NCBI RefSeq assembly: GCF_000143415.4
Contig: NW_003314276.1
Coordinates: forward strand, 1,075,434-1,139,433
Direction: 5' to 3'
Source of the DNA: Selaginella moellendorffii
Lineage: Eukaryota; Plantae; Lycopodiophyta
DNA: 64,000 bases
A program made the translations under genes and the position numbers. Each line of letters begins with the position of its first letter. The first letter of the stretch is position 1. The notes under the pieces are model-generated. The model searched no databases, was not told the DNA's origin, and saw only the letters and a program-made list of their open reading frames with translations. Shown here piece after piece: positions 12,431 through 24,362 of this stretch.

Positions 12431-13958
12431 GTAAATGATTATATTTTTCATTCTACTTTAGTCACTTAACCACACCCTTGACCATCTAAAAGAGTCTTAT
12501 ACACAACTTCCATAAGTCTTATTTTGGACTTGTAGACTTACTAGCCTTGAGAATAACATCTATACCATTTAACCTTTTCATTTGGTCTAAGTGCTTTATA
12601 TATTTGATCTTATGACTAACACCCAAAAGTACTATTGACATATTAGTTCGTTATACTAAGGCTATGCTTATTCACCTTTGTCACACTAGTGGTGACAAAC
12701 TAGTGGTGACAAACACCATTTGCATCACAGTTCCATCTCCCAAAGATTAAACCATTTGTCTATGGCCAAAGATATGGGAAACACCCTTCCCCAATGTCCT
12801 TTCTTCCGTCCCTAGCAAATCCCTTTTTATCCATAGCCATGTTCACCAATATAGCCATTAGGTAAAGGCCTAAAAGCCCGACTATTAAGTCTCACTGTCT
12901 TTTGGAACTTCCTCACCATGTGACTATATCTTTGGTCACTACATTAAAAAATTGTTCCATTTCCTTTCTATAGTCTAGGACTTTAGGACAATATTTCAAA
13001 ACACTATAGCCCTATACGAGCCTCATAGGTACTCTCCCCACCTTTAACCTTTATGTGCCTTAGCTCTGTGGCTAGAGCAAAAGTTTGATAAGCCACACTA
13101 GGTATCCAAGTAAGTAGTGCTACTCACACTTAGATTGGAAGTATTAACTATTCAATTCCTAAGGGAGTTAGAGCTAACTCTTAAACACTTCACTAAACTA
13201 CCTTGTTTATTTATTCGTATTCATTTTAGCCTTGAACTCCTCAATAATTATATCATCACTCAATACATGAGTATAATCTTCTTTGGTCACACTAACCTTT
13301 CCTAGTTAAACTAGCTCCATTGGAGTCCTCCCTTTATTATATTTTTGGAGTTCACTAAAACCCCTTAGGGTCTAGGAGATGGCTTTTACCTTAGACTTGG
13401 ATTCGGACTTAAACTTGGACTTAGACTTGAACTCGGTCTTGGACTCAGACTCGAACTCAGTCTCAGACTTAGTCTCGGTTTCAGTCTTAGTCTAAATCTC
13501 GGTCTCGATCTTGACCTCGGATTCCATCTTGGGTCCATCTCAAACTCTATCTTAGGTCCATCTCGGACTCCATCTTAGACTCCATATCAGGTCCCTTTTG
13601 AACTCTATCTCAGACTCTATCTTGGACTCCATCTTGGACTCCATCTTGACTTCATCTCGAATTTCATCTCGGGTCCATTTTGGACTTTATTTCAGATCCA
13701 TCTTAGACTCCATCTCAAGTTCATCTCAAACTCCATTTTGACACTTCCATATATAATATGTTGATCCTCTTGTGTCCCTTTTCTAGAAACTTGTTACTTG
13801 TTTCATGCTTGTTCTTCGAGCACTTCGTTAAAAATTCCACTCCCACTCTTGACTTTCCAAATCAAAGCTTTTAATCCAAACATATTACGCTTATTTAGCT
13901 TCTGCTTTGGCCACTACCATGTGGCCCCCTTTCAGCTCTACTTTGATGTCTCACAACA
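12431..13958. mobile_element. Old AT-rich insertion (degenerate TE) absent from the duplicate copy
   Basis: The duplicate near 24545 reads GAGAAGCATGCTTAG uninterrupted. Here about 1.5 kb lies between GAGAAGTATG and CATGCTTAG. Element class is unresolved. Confidence 0.55.
13391..13740. repeat. Degenerate 6/12-bp tandem repeat array
   Basis: Recurring GACTTG/GTCTCG then CTCCATCTTGGA-type units. Confidence 0.8.
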
Positions 13959-15560
13959 TGCTTAGAATGGCCCATCAAGATTAACAAGACAATTGTGTCA
14001 GATATGAGATCTGCAAAGATTTCTTGCGTGAAGATTTTTTCTAGAGAATCCCATGTAACATGGATGATCCTTGACACCCTGCTTGTTCAGACAACAAAAA
14101 ATTTCTACTTATACTGATGATTATTTTAATAAAATAAATATTAGTAGAGCTAATTTTAAATCTGTTGCCTTTCTTCTTGAAGATCCAGTTAGAGCATAAT
14201 TGAAAGTACCAAACATAAAAAAATTAATGATGGTGGGAATGAATTTAAAAAAAGGTTAAGTTTTAATCTTTATTCACTGCCATAGATCCTTTCTCCCATG
14301 CTTCAACTTGATGCGCTCAAGACGTTTGCATAATAGATACTAATACTACAATTAATACTAAAATGATATTAATACTGGTATTAACTTGGGCCACCCAAGA
14401 GGATGATAGCCAAGACTCTGGCAGTGGTGAAATGAAAGTGCCAAGCATCTCTTTCTTAGGTCTTGTATTCTCTTCTCTCTCGCACCTGGATTTGCCGGTC
14501 TTGGGAATGGTGACCAAGGCCACGGAGGTCCGCCAACATCTGCAAACCTTGTAAACAAACAAGTTCTTTCACACTCGTCCTTTCCCAAGCTTGGTCTTGT
14601 CGCCATCTCTTTTCCCACTCGCTCACGGCTAGTCTCTGTGCTCTAGCCTGATCCTTACCACCATTCTCCCTTTTACTTCAGAACCTTGATCTAAATTGGT
14701 AAAACTATCATCGGCTGCGTGGCTTGAGCGGGCTCTCTGTCCTCTTTGAGAAAATGGTACCTGGAAATGTTGTAAACTTGTGAATACATGTGGTGCCTAG
14801 AGTTGGCCTGGAAAACAAAACAGCAAACTCGTCAAACAAGAACAAGAGAAGCAGCAAACTTACATTTCTAAAGTTGGATAGAGCTCCTCAGGTGTCTGGT
14901 AGTTCTTACCATGCACCGTCCTGTCTTCGAGGACGTAGCTCAAACGTTAGCCAAAAGCAGCTGCGCCTGCCGCCGCGAGCGTCGAAAACAACAACGACAA
15001 CGGTACGTCGAGGGAGAAACACGAGCCTCTTACGTACAAGAGGCGGCACGGGCGGAAGGACAACGCAGAGTCGTCCAAGAGGCGGAGGAAAGGAGGGGAC
15101 GAGGAGGAAACAGGTGCTAGGAACAGCTCGGCGGACAAGGCACACTACTTCTACGGCAAAGGGGACTTCTCACAAGGACCATCTTGATCGAGCAGGGGAG
15201 GAGGTTTAGCTTTGGGAGATTCTTACAACGGGGCGAGCAGCACAGAGAGAAAGAAGATTGCGCGGAATAACAAAACCAGAGATGGCCACACACACACACA
15301 CAAGAAAAAGTTTTTTTTTGGGGATGCAAAAAGAGTCGCTTCGATCGAACGAGATGGTGATGACGATTTGCCGTGGTGGCCGAGAGAATTGTACAGGAGG
15401 GGGGATTGTCCATACAGGAGGAGAAAATGGAATGGAATTCCACATACGCAAAAGCTTGACAATCCTCGTCGACAAAAGTCCTATTTTTTGTTCTTGTTCT
15501 TGTCAAGCCAGCGGTTGGAGAGAGCGTCTTACGCTGAAAAAATACGAAGAACTGGAGATC
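13958..15560. repeat. Segmental duplication, copy of about 24552-26140
   Basis: Collinear similarity with indels. Includes a degenerate last exon of the PsaN-like gene at about 15480-15535. Confidence 0.85.
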
Positions 15561-15574
15561 CATTTTTTTATCTT

Positions 15575-16715
15575 CTTTTTTATCAGAGTTTTCTTTTTCT
15601 TGTGTACATCGAACTTAACTTTGTATCGGCTTGGCGGCTTAGATCGATGCTGTGACGGGAGCATTGAAGAGAGTCTCTCATCCTAGATGGCAGCTTGAGA
15701 ACTTAAACGCGACCTTCACAACAAATGAGCTATCTTTCTCAAGACCTTTTCCTCGGAAGTCTTGCTTTGCTAATCCCTCTGTCCCGATGCTTAGGGAGAA
15801 CACAAACTAATAATATCCAAGGATGTGAAGGTTTCCCTATATCGCTTCATAATCCTAACGAGAAGTATGGAACTTTTCCTTGATTTTGCAGGTGAAGTTT
15901 GTCTTGTCTACGTCTAAATTTTCTTAAGCTTCTGCCAGGCTTTGATTTTAGAGAAGTTCCCTTGCCATGAAGTGTGAGCCGCAGGTGTGTGATAAGACAC
16001 ACCAGGTTCTTTTTTCGTAAACATTCCAGCATTGTGGGTGCATACTTGCTACTTTACGGATACCAAAGGTGAGAACGTTTTCCATTTCATGCAATCGTGT
16101 TCTAAGGCTCCGAGGATAATCACGCCACTTCGACAAGTGGCTTGTTAGATTCAAGGCCGACAAGGAAGATTAAGCAGTACGACAATGTTACTCTTCCCTA
16201 TCACGCCAAGGTGGTGGTGCTGTTTACAATGGATTATTATATGCACAGCTTTGCTGAGGTATAAAGTTAAACAATTGTCATCAATCAACGATCAACATTT
16301 GTTTGCTCACGCTCTCCATTCTTAGGTCAATCTCATTGTCTACTATATGGACGCAGAGCCCCGAGAGCTACGATAAGTTCTTCCCGATTCGTCCATTCGA
16401 GAACACACTCCTCAACTTGGACGCGGATCATGCAACAACAGGCTTATGCTCTTTCCAAAAGAGTTATTCGACCATTTCGAGATGGTTGTGAGTTATCCTC
16501 ACAACCATCTTGTTGCGCGAGTGAGCAATTCTATCGAGTGTCGTGCGTCCACGGCATTGCATTGAGACCCGTCAAGGACAGCAGCGTTCTGGATGTTCTC
16601 GCGAGGTCTGGAAGGCTGGAGGACACCGAGGAGCTCATCCACACGCCATGCCATTCTTTCCATATCACATCTCCTGGGCTTTCGTTCCTCCCGGCTTGCA
16701 AAGTCCACCTAAAGC
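15575..16715. repeat. Segmental duplication, copy of about 29420-30725
   Basis: Collinear similarity (e.g. GTGAAGGTTTCCCTATA, GGATTATxATATGCAC). Confidence 0.8.
16490..16710 (+). pseudogene. PPR E-domain fragment (also at about 21615-21800 and 30470-30725)
   Basis: SSVLDVLARSGRLEDTEELIH.MPFFP.HISW resembles the PPR C-terminal/E region (compare 37760-37880). Confidence 0.7.
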
Positions 16716-16934
16716 CGCTCCCATGTCTATATAAGCAGGGGTTTGTGCTGTGATGAAGCATAGCATATTTAAATACCCGGTCACCGGGGCATGCTGCATG
16801 AGGTTTTCGTCTCTTGGGCTGATCCCCCACAGCCAAGAGCCCGAGGCCTCCATTTTCTTAAAACTAAAACTAAGAAGGAGCTTTTGGTTTTCTGTTTCTG
16901 AGGATATTTAGCACAATAGAAACATGAAAACTAG

Positions 16935-17896
16935 TTCGATCAGCGCTAGTATTGAATGACAAATGAGAAGAAATTTGTACACTGGATTTTTCATTGGTAT
17001 AGTTGCAGCAATCATCTCCTTGGCAGTCATGGGCGTTTCAACATACTGAAACATCAGCAATAGTTCGCTAATGATCCTGCAAAAGAAAGTAAAAAGGATG
17101 AACTCCAAGCCCAGGGATACAGAACGTTTGCTCATATGCCTTCGCTCTGTTGTTAAAGAAAACAAATTTAGAAGGATGTCGAGAAAAAGAAAAGAACGTA
17201 GTTACCCTTGGATGCCGAGAAAAAGAAAAGAATGTAGTTACCCTTGGATGCCGAGTAGGTCGGATACAAAGGGACAAGAAAGAGTCTGCCAGCCGAAGCG
17301 AGATTCACGATGGCTCCTCCAGGACTGTCTTGGGACCTCATAGCTTGGATCTGTTCAAATGTTTTTAAAGGTATCAGTGCAAATTACTGCTTGGCTTGTG
17401 CATTCGATGGCTGCCATGAGGTTCACCCTCAAGACCTTACACCATTTGTCATCGCTCACGAAGTCCCCCTGCTCGACGATCCCTGCACAGTTGACGCATA
17501 CATCTAGTCTCAAGAACGTTTCCTTGTGCTCCTTGAATGCCTTTGCGACTTGCTCTACAGGAGGAAAATATTTAACAAACTGGGAAAAGGAATGCTGAAG
17601 TATCTCTCTCACCTGGATCGCAGACATCACACTCAACAAAGATGGCAAAGGGAGGATTCGGATTCGTCGGCTCGCTTACCAAGCTCAGGGTTCACAGCCC
17701 ATTCTCACATGACAAATCCACAATCCACCGCGCCTCGCAAGGTCCTGGAAAAGACAGTTCGATCAAGTGAGCCGATGACGAGACGAAGAAACTTATTCTG
17801 TCCGCTGTTTCTCTCTTTGCTGTGTGTGCCAAAAGAAGAGACATACCAATGCCAGGTCCAGCACCAGTGATGAGGATGCAAACCTCCAACCTTCAT
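16935..17896 (-). pseudogene. SDR copy 3
   Basis: ITGAGPGIG, CVNCAG and YSASK motifs. Frameshift in exon 1, deletions in exons 2, 5 and 6. Confidence 0.8.
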
Positions 17897-17935
17897 CTTC
17901 TGCTCACAATTTTTGCCAACCTGCTCAAAATTTTC

Positions 17936-18146
17936 AAGTACGAAGGAGTGATGTGCTCGAATCCGTGCCCCAACATTCTTGGGAAAATAAAAGGGAGTGA
18001 TCAGTTTGTTTTATTTGAGGGTCCCTCTTCTTCGGGTGGGTTCGAACCCGGGATCGGCTCTACAAGACTATCCCTCAGGTCCCTGGGCTGGCCAGTCTTC
18101 CCAAGGTTGATCACTTACAAAATATTGCGCCCCTCCTCTACATAAC
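17936..18146 (+). repeat. About 210-bp dispersed repeat with Pol III B-box-like palindrome, copy 1
   Basis: Near-identical to 20941-21150 and to the reverse complement of 26737-26947. Contains GGGTTCGAACCC. Confidence 0.85.
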
Positions 18147-18259
18147 TCGTGAACTAAACTTAAGCCTTGGAACGAATATTCTAGCGAGAAGAAGAATATT
18201 GGGAGCGAAGAACTGGATCTTCAGAGCATGGGTATGAACAAGTCGAGTTTCTATGCTTT

Positions 18260-19590
18260 AATCTATGTCGGCTATGAAATTCGGATGCTGTCCTTGGATT
18301 GCTACTTCCCCACTCTTTCCGCAATCTCAGGATATCATCCGTGAAAGTGGAGCCCGGCGTCCCGTTTTGTGCAGCATCGCTACCAGCTACCACCTTTGCA
18401 ACCAAAGCAAAGTCGAGCGTCAGAAAGAAGAATTTTTTGCTTAGGTCGCTCACCTCGTTATCAGCTAGCAGGCCTTTTCTTTGCAGGATCGCGTCCCATT
18501 TCTCTCTCGAGTCGTGCTGTGGCCTCTGGATCATTGGAACGTCAGGGCCGAGCAATTGCTGGAGGAGAGTGATCTCGCTCTCCGCTGCGTCCGTGGAGAT
18601 GTAGATCACTCGGGGCTTGGCCTCCTGGATCTTCCTCGAGATGCAGCTGGCAGCTTGAGGAATCGGGAAGAAGCAGCTCTCATTCTTTACATTGCTGCCA
18701 AAAAAAAGAGAAAAGATCATAAGAAGAAGAGAAAAGGTGGCGAAGCTCTTCTTACCAGAAGCCATGCCGACGAAAGTGGAGCGCCATGAAGTTGGATCCC
18801 AGGAAAGTTTGCACGAACCTTTCCGCAGCCGGTTTGGACGGATGATCGTCTTGCACGAGTGCTGCAATGGATCACCAATCTGTGCTACGAGCTCCGACTC
18901 CACGTCCGAGTAGAACACGTCCCCTATGCCGAGAACCTCGACCTCGCAAGAGAACGTCGCCACGAATTCGCTCGCGCGAGGATGAGATGGATAGCCTTTG
19001 AGAGAAGCTTCTTCAGGCCAGGCATCGGTCTTGGAACTCCAGGAAAGTCCCAAAGCTTTAATCTTCTTCTCGTGATCTTCGTCCAAGTAGCAGCCACTCA
19101 TGTAGCACAGGAGCCGGATGTCCGTCTTGTTCTTGCCGAGAAATTCATGGAATGTGAGGAGAGTTTTCTCTCCTAGGCAGCTGCAAATGATGTCGAGCGT
19201 CTTCTCGTACGAGTAATCGACGCTGGAAAAACGAGCGTCCGATCGAGCAGCGCCGCGAAGAACATGTGCTTCTCGAGGCAGATGAGGTGATTGGAGATCT
19301 GGCCGGAGGTGCAAATCACGAGAAGGAAGCGATCCTCTCTCGGCCGCCATTGGACGAGCTTGCCGTGGCGTCTGAGAAATTCTGGCCCTGGCAGCCCCGC
19401 ATTCCCGGATCGTATCCATGTCTGACGCCTGATACCAGCTGCTGGATCTGGTGATTGAGCTCGATCTGCGAGCCCAAGGCATCGGCCTGAGAAAGAAGAA
19501 TCGCGTGTCGCATTCCAGATTTCGAAGAGCCCCTGCTCCTGTCCACAAGACGCCCGAAATCTTGTGCCAATGCTCGATGTCGCTCGTCAA
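18260..19590 (-). pseudogene. O-fucosyltransferase family (At5g50420-like) pseudogene, 5'-truncated
   Basis: Motifs ICTSGQISNHLICLEKHMFFAALLDR (other frame), IGDVFYSDVE, CFFPIPQAASCI, IYISTDAAESE and GSTFTDDILRLRKEWG. Frameshifts present and two introns retained. Confidence 0.82.
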
Positions 19591-19594
19591 GTAG

Positions 19595-20688
19595 ATGACT
19601 TCCACTGTTCTTGCAATCTTTGCTCTTTTCATCGTCTCGCTGTTTTCTCAGTCTGATGCGATCCGATCGCCCAAGGCGGGCTCAATCTGTCCCACTGCAG
19701 TCTTTACATTCGCAGATTCTCTCAGCGATGGTGGCAACCGCGACATCGAGGCTGGCGGGAAGACTCTCTCGGGCATGTATCCCTATGGCGTCACCTACGG
19801 AAGGCCCACCGGACGCTACAGCGATGGGCTCGTCATCCCCGACTTTCTGATCCAGAAGCTCCACCTCGAGAACTTGGGCATTTCGAGCCTCGAATTCAAT
19901 GGCACCGAGTTTGTCAGCCTCAACTTTGGATACGCCGGAGCCACCGTGATCAAGGTCGAGAACCAGCCATTCTCCAGCCCGCACATCTTCTCTGCCCAGG
20001 TTGACGATTTCGTGCATCACCGCTCCAAGGTCGTGGGTGAATACGGCCGCGAGGATAGCTCTCCATGGTGCGCTCTACATGGTCGAGATTGGAGGTGACG
20101 ATATCAACTTCGGGCTGCCGCTGGGAGGTGGCTACGTGATCAATGTCACCATTCCGGCCGTGATCCGGGGCCTGGCCGATGGAATCCACAACTTGTACGC
20201 ACACGGAGCTCGCCATGTCTTGCTCTACAACATGCCCCGCGCCGATTGCTCGCCAAACTATCGTCAGTCCTTCCAGCAGTTCCCTGAGGGGATGTACCAC
20301 TACGACAAAGATATTGTCGAGATTGCCCAGCTTATTCAACTCACAACTCCAGGCTTTGGCGGCCGAGCTCACCCAAGAGTATCCCGATCTCAATGTTTAC
20401 TACTTTGATTGGTTTGCTGCCAACACCTACATGGAGGAGTTTGGCTTCACGAACTCGCTCCAGTCGTGCTGCGGCGGCAAGTTTAACTGTGATGGAGATG
20501 GTCTTCGCGGTTGTGCGCCATTGAGCCAGACTGTCTACACGGTGTGTGAGCATCTCAGCGAATACTTCACCTTCGATGGCCTTCACTGCACAGAACACTT
20601 TTACAAGATTATGTCCGACTTTATCTTGGCTGGAAACTACATCACGCCCAGGGTGAGGTTGGACAAGGGATGCAAGGTCATTGTTTAA
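19595..20688 (+). pseudogene. GDSL esterase/lipase, intronless, two frameshifts
   Basis: Signal peptide, block I FADSLSDGGN, PTGRYSDG, block III EIGGDD, block V FDGLH. Frame changes near 20068 and 20335. Confidence 0.88.
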
Positions 20689-20940
20689 ATAGTCGTTACC
20701 ATAGTTGTTTTAAGTTGACATTGATCATACCATGAAAAAGTCTTTTGAACCAAAATTAGAGCTTCACGCTAGGAGCATTGCCTTGATTTCAGCCTTCATG
20801 ATCTTATGGTACTCGTCTTCTAGTGTGTCTCATTCATGAAACTCTAGTCATCCAGCTCAAACGAGCGTCCAAAGTAATGTTCAAAGCGCCACTGCGAGCG
20901 CGTCGTTGCAAGTTTGAGTTGAGTTGATACATTTTGGTTT

Positions 20941-21150
20941 AAGTACGAAGGAGTGCTGTGTTCGAATCCGTGCCCCAACATGCTTGGGAAAATAAAAGGA
21001 GTGATCAGTTTGTTTTATTTGAGGGTCCCTCTTCTTCGGGTGGGTTCGAACCCGGGATCGGCTCTACAAGACTATCCCTCAGGTCCCTGGGCTGGCCAGT
21101 CTTCCCAGGGTTGATCACTTGAAAAATATTGCGCCCCTCCTCTACATAAC
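20941..21150 (+). repeat. About 210-bp B-box repeat, copy 2
   Basis: Direct repeat of 17936-18146. Confidence 0.85.
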
Positions 21151-22372
21151 GAGTTAACCCCGGTTAACGATACGACCAGCTTTCTTCGCTTACGCTGCCG
21201 AGGTGGACGCCAAAAATCCATGAGTGGGGAGCGTGGTGATCGCCAGGCTTGGCAAGAGCTTTTGAGGGGATATCGCTTTTAACTCGCAGGATGAAGGTGT
21301 GGTTTTGTATCCGGATCCTCGGACTACGCCATCCTGAGATTTTGTTTCGAAGACCAGGGAATAAAAGGTTGTGCGAGTGGTACAGGAGAGAGCTCACGTA
21401 GAGATTGATCGCAATGATCGCCAAGAAGTGCCAAACATCTCTTTCTTCGGTCTTGTCCTTCAAAACCTTCTCGCACCTGGATTTGTCGAAAAGATTTAAG
21501 AGTGCACCAAGGCGGGTCTAGGTAATGGTACCAAGGGACTTGGATCATGGTGATCGCCACGGCGGTGTCAGGCTTATGCTCTTTCTGAAGAGATATTCTA
21601 TCATTTGGAGATGGTTGTGAGTTATCCTCACAACCATCTTGTTGCGCGATCATTGCATTGAAACCCGTCAAGGATCACTACAGCATGATCTGGATGCTCT
21701 TGCGAGGTCTGGAAGGCTGGAGGACCCCGAGGAGCTCATCCCCATGCCATTCTTTCCAGATCACAACCTAAAGGCTAAAGCCGCTCGACCAGCGTCTAGC
21801 TCGAGCTATAGAACTTCCACAAATCCTGGAAGTAGAGAAGCTAAGGATCTAGCAGCGAGGGTGCAAATCCTCGGGGATCTCTGGAAAACTTACGTCACAA
21901 AAGCTCACTGTCCACAACTCACATTCGCAATCGATTGTTAGTCCATCTACCTGGACAAGAATCAACGCCAGAAGATGAGAACCGCCTGGAATCCTGCTGG
22001 CTCCAAGAAAGTGGGAGCTCCGTGGGATTGTCTGCGAGTTATAACTGGCGGTTGTCTCGCGGTTCCGATCGAAGAGGACAGATCCCCGACAGATCCCGGG
22101 AATCTCCAATGAGATGCTGAGGCCTGCCACGTGGTAGGGGCGAGGTCTCTCCCAAGTCTATATAAGCAGGGGTTTGTGCTGTGATGAAGCATAGCATATT
22201 TAAATACCTGGTCACCGGGGCATGTAGTGTAGGATTCCCTCTGCTGCATGAGGCTGCGGTCTCTGGGGCTGATCCCCCGCCCGAGGCCCCCATTTTCTTA
22301 AAACTGAAAACTAAGAAGCAGCTTTTGGTTCTGTTTCTGAGGATATTAGCACAATAGAAACATGAAAACTAG

Positions 22373-23221
22373 TTCGATCAGCTCTAGTATTGAATGACAA
22401 ATGAGAAGAAATTTGTACACTGGATTTTTCATTGGTATAGTTGTAGGGATCATCTCTTGGCAGTCATGGACGTTTACTGAAACATCAGCAATAGTTCGCT
22501 TATGATCCTGCAAAAGAAAGTAAAAAGGATGAACTCCAATGGGATTTTGCTCATATGCCTTAGCTCTGTAGTTCCACAAGCACCTTTCATCATTAAAGAA
22601 GAAAACAGGAGGTCGAGAAAAAGAAAAGAATGTACTTACCCTTGGATGCCAAGTAGATCAGATACAAAGGGACAAGAAAGAGTCTGCCAGCCAAAGCGAG
22701 ATTCAAGATGGCTCCTCCAGGACTGTCTTGGGACCTCATAGCTTGGATCTGTTCAAATGATCATCCAGATATGTTTTAAGAGTATCAGTGGAAATCTCTT
22801 CCAGAATCGAGAGTTACTGCTTGGCTTGTGACGTTTCCTTGTGCTCCTTGAACGCCTTTGCGACTTGCTCTACAGGAGGAAAATATTTAACAAACCGGGA
22901 AAAGAAATGCTGAAATTTCTCTCTCACCTCTGGATCGCAGACATCACACTCAACGAAGATGGCAAAGGGAGGATTAGGATTCGTCAGCTAGCTCCTCTTT
23001 TACCAAGCTCAGTGTTCACAGCCCATTCTCACATGACAATTCCACAATCGTGATGGTTCCACTGCGCATCGCAAGTGCCAGCAGCCTCCCTGGAAAAGAC
23101 AATTCGTTCGAGTGAAAGTGAGCCTTATTCTCTCTGCTTTTTTGCTCTTTGCTGTGTGTGCCAAAAGAAGAGACATACCAATGCCAGTGATGAGGACGCA
23201 AGAGCCACCTCCAACCTTCAT
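22373..23221 (-). pseudogene. SDR copy 4
   Basis: Same lesions as copy 1 (GAGS loss, exon-3 deletion) and extends to the 3' exons. Confidence 0.8.
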
Positions 23222-23851
23222 CTTCTGCTCGTTCAAGAACGCATTATAGACGTTTTCAAAAGAAAGGTATAAGCTACCTGGGTTTGAGGATTTCAATTTT
23301 TGCCAGCCAACTTTCTCGATAATGACATGCTCTCAGGAAAATTGGTGTTTAAAGGGAAGGATGATGTGATGTAGAACACTAGCCCAGCCTCCACATTTTC
23401 TGGTTTCAGTTGTTTGTCGTTCCATCTCCTTTGAAATTGTGCCAAGACATCCCAATGTATCGTTGTCCAAGTTTTTATAAATGTTTTCACATAAGCAAGC
23501 CTGATGTTTGGATCGCCTCAATGATGGCAGCCCAAGGGACACCAACAAAGGAAGGAGATTGAGGTGTTCAGGGAGACATGCACGCAAAGGGAGGCTTAGG
23601 AGGCTTGTGTTCCTTAGCTAAGATTGCTCCTTAGTGCGTGTTGCGGCTTCCATCCATTTGCAACTTCCACAGGTGAGGCATTGGGCCCTAGAGTGGACAT
23701 TCCATGGCTGCTGACTTCACAAATTGAGGGAAGCGATCGTCGGTGAGGAAGGGACCATCATGTCTAAACACACCAATATCACCTTTGCTTCCATGCTGTT
23801 CACAAGGTTCCCCCTTAGTGGGAGGCAATAAGTCATCCGTCCTCGTCCTCG

Positions 23852-24362
23852 TGGACAGTCCTGGAGGAGCCATCATGAATCTTGCTTCGCGTGTGCATTC
23901 GATGGCTGCCGTGAGGTTCATGCTCAAGACCTTACGCCATTTGCTCACGAAGTCCCCCCGCTCGACATGACGCACGCATCCAGTCTCAAGAATGTTTTGT
24001 GACTTGCTCTACAGGATATAAATATTTTTAAAAACAGGAAAAGGAATGCTGAAAGTGTCTCTTGACCTGGATCGCGGACATCACACTCGATGAATATGGC
24101 AAAGGGAGAATTCAGATTTGTCAGCTTTTGGTGCTCCTCCTTCACCAAGCTCAGAGTTCGCATCCCATTCTCACGTGACAAATCCACAATCGTGATGTTT
24201 GCACCACCAGCGCCATCCCTGGAAAAGCCAATTAAAGTGCTTTCCAGACGAGAAATTCTTATCTCTCTTCTTTCTCTTTTTCTGAGTGTGCCAACGAAGA
24301 GACATACCAATGCCAGATCCAGAGCCAGTGATGAGGACGCAAGAGCCCCCTCAGACATTCAT
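23852..24362 (-). pseudogene. SDR copy 5
   Basis: ITGSGSGIG and ANITIVDLSRENG...IECDVRDP. Carries the same inverted exon-4 piece as copy 2. Confidence 0.8.

Noticed and set aside
13391-13740. Periodic repeats as a CRISPR-like array
   Set aside because: Degenerate hexamer tandem repeats without unique spacers, in eukaryotic DNA.
16749-16902. Possible C/D box snoRNA (GTGATGA...CTGA), repeated near 22180
   Set aside because: No terminal stem or recognisable rRNA guide; recurrence is explained by the segmental duplication.
17936-18146. tRNA gene
   Set aside because: Only the T-loop motif is present; no acceptor, D or anticodon arms could be folded.
18181-19632. 483-aa ORF as a novel protein
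   Set aside because: It is a chance read-through of a frameshifted O-fucosyltransferase pseudogene, including its introns and the antisense of the GDSL start.
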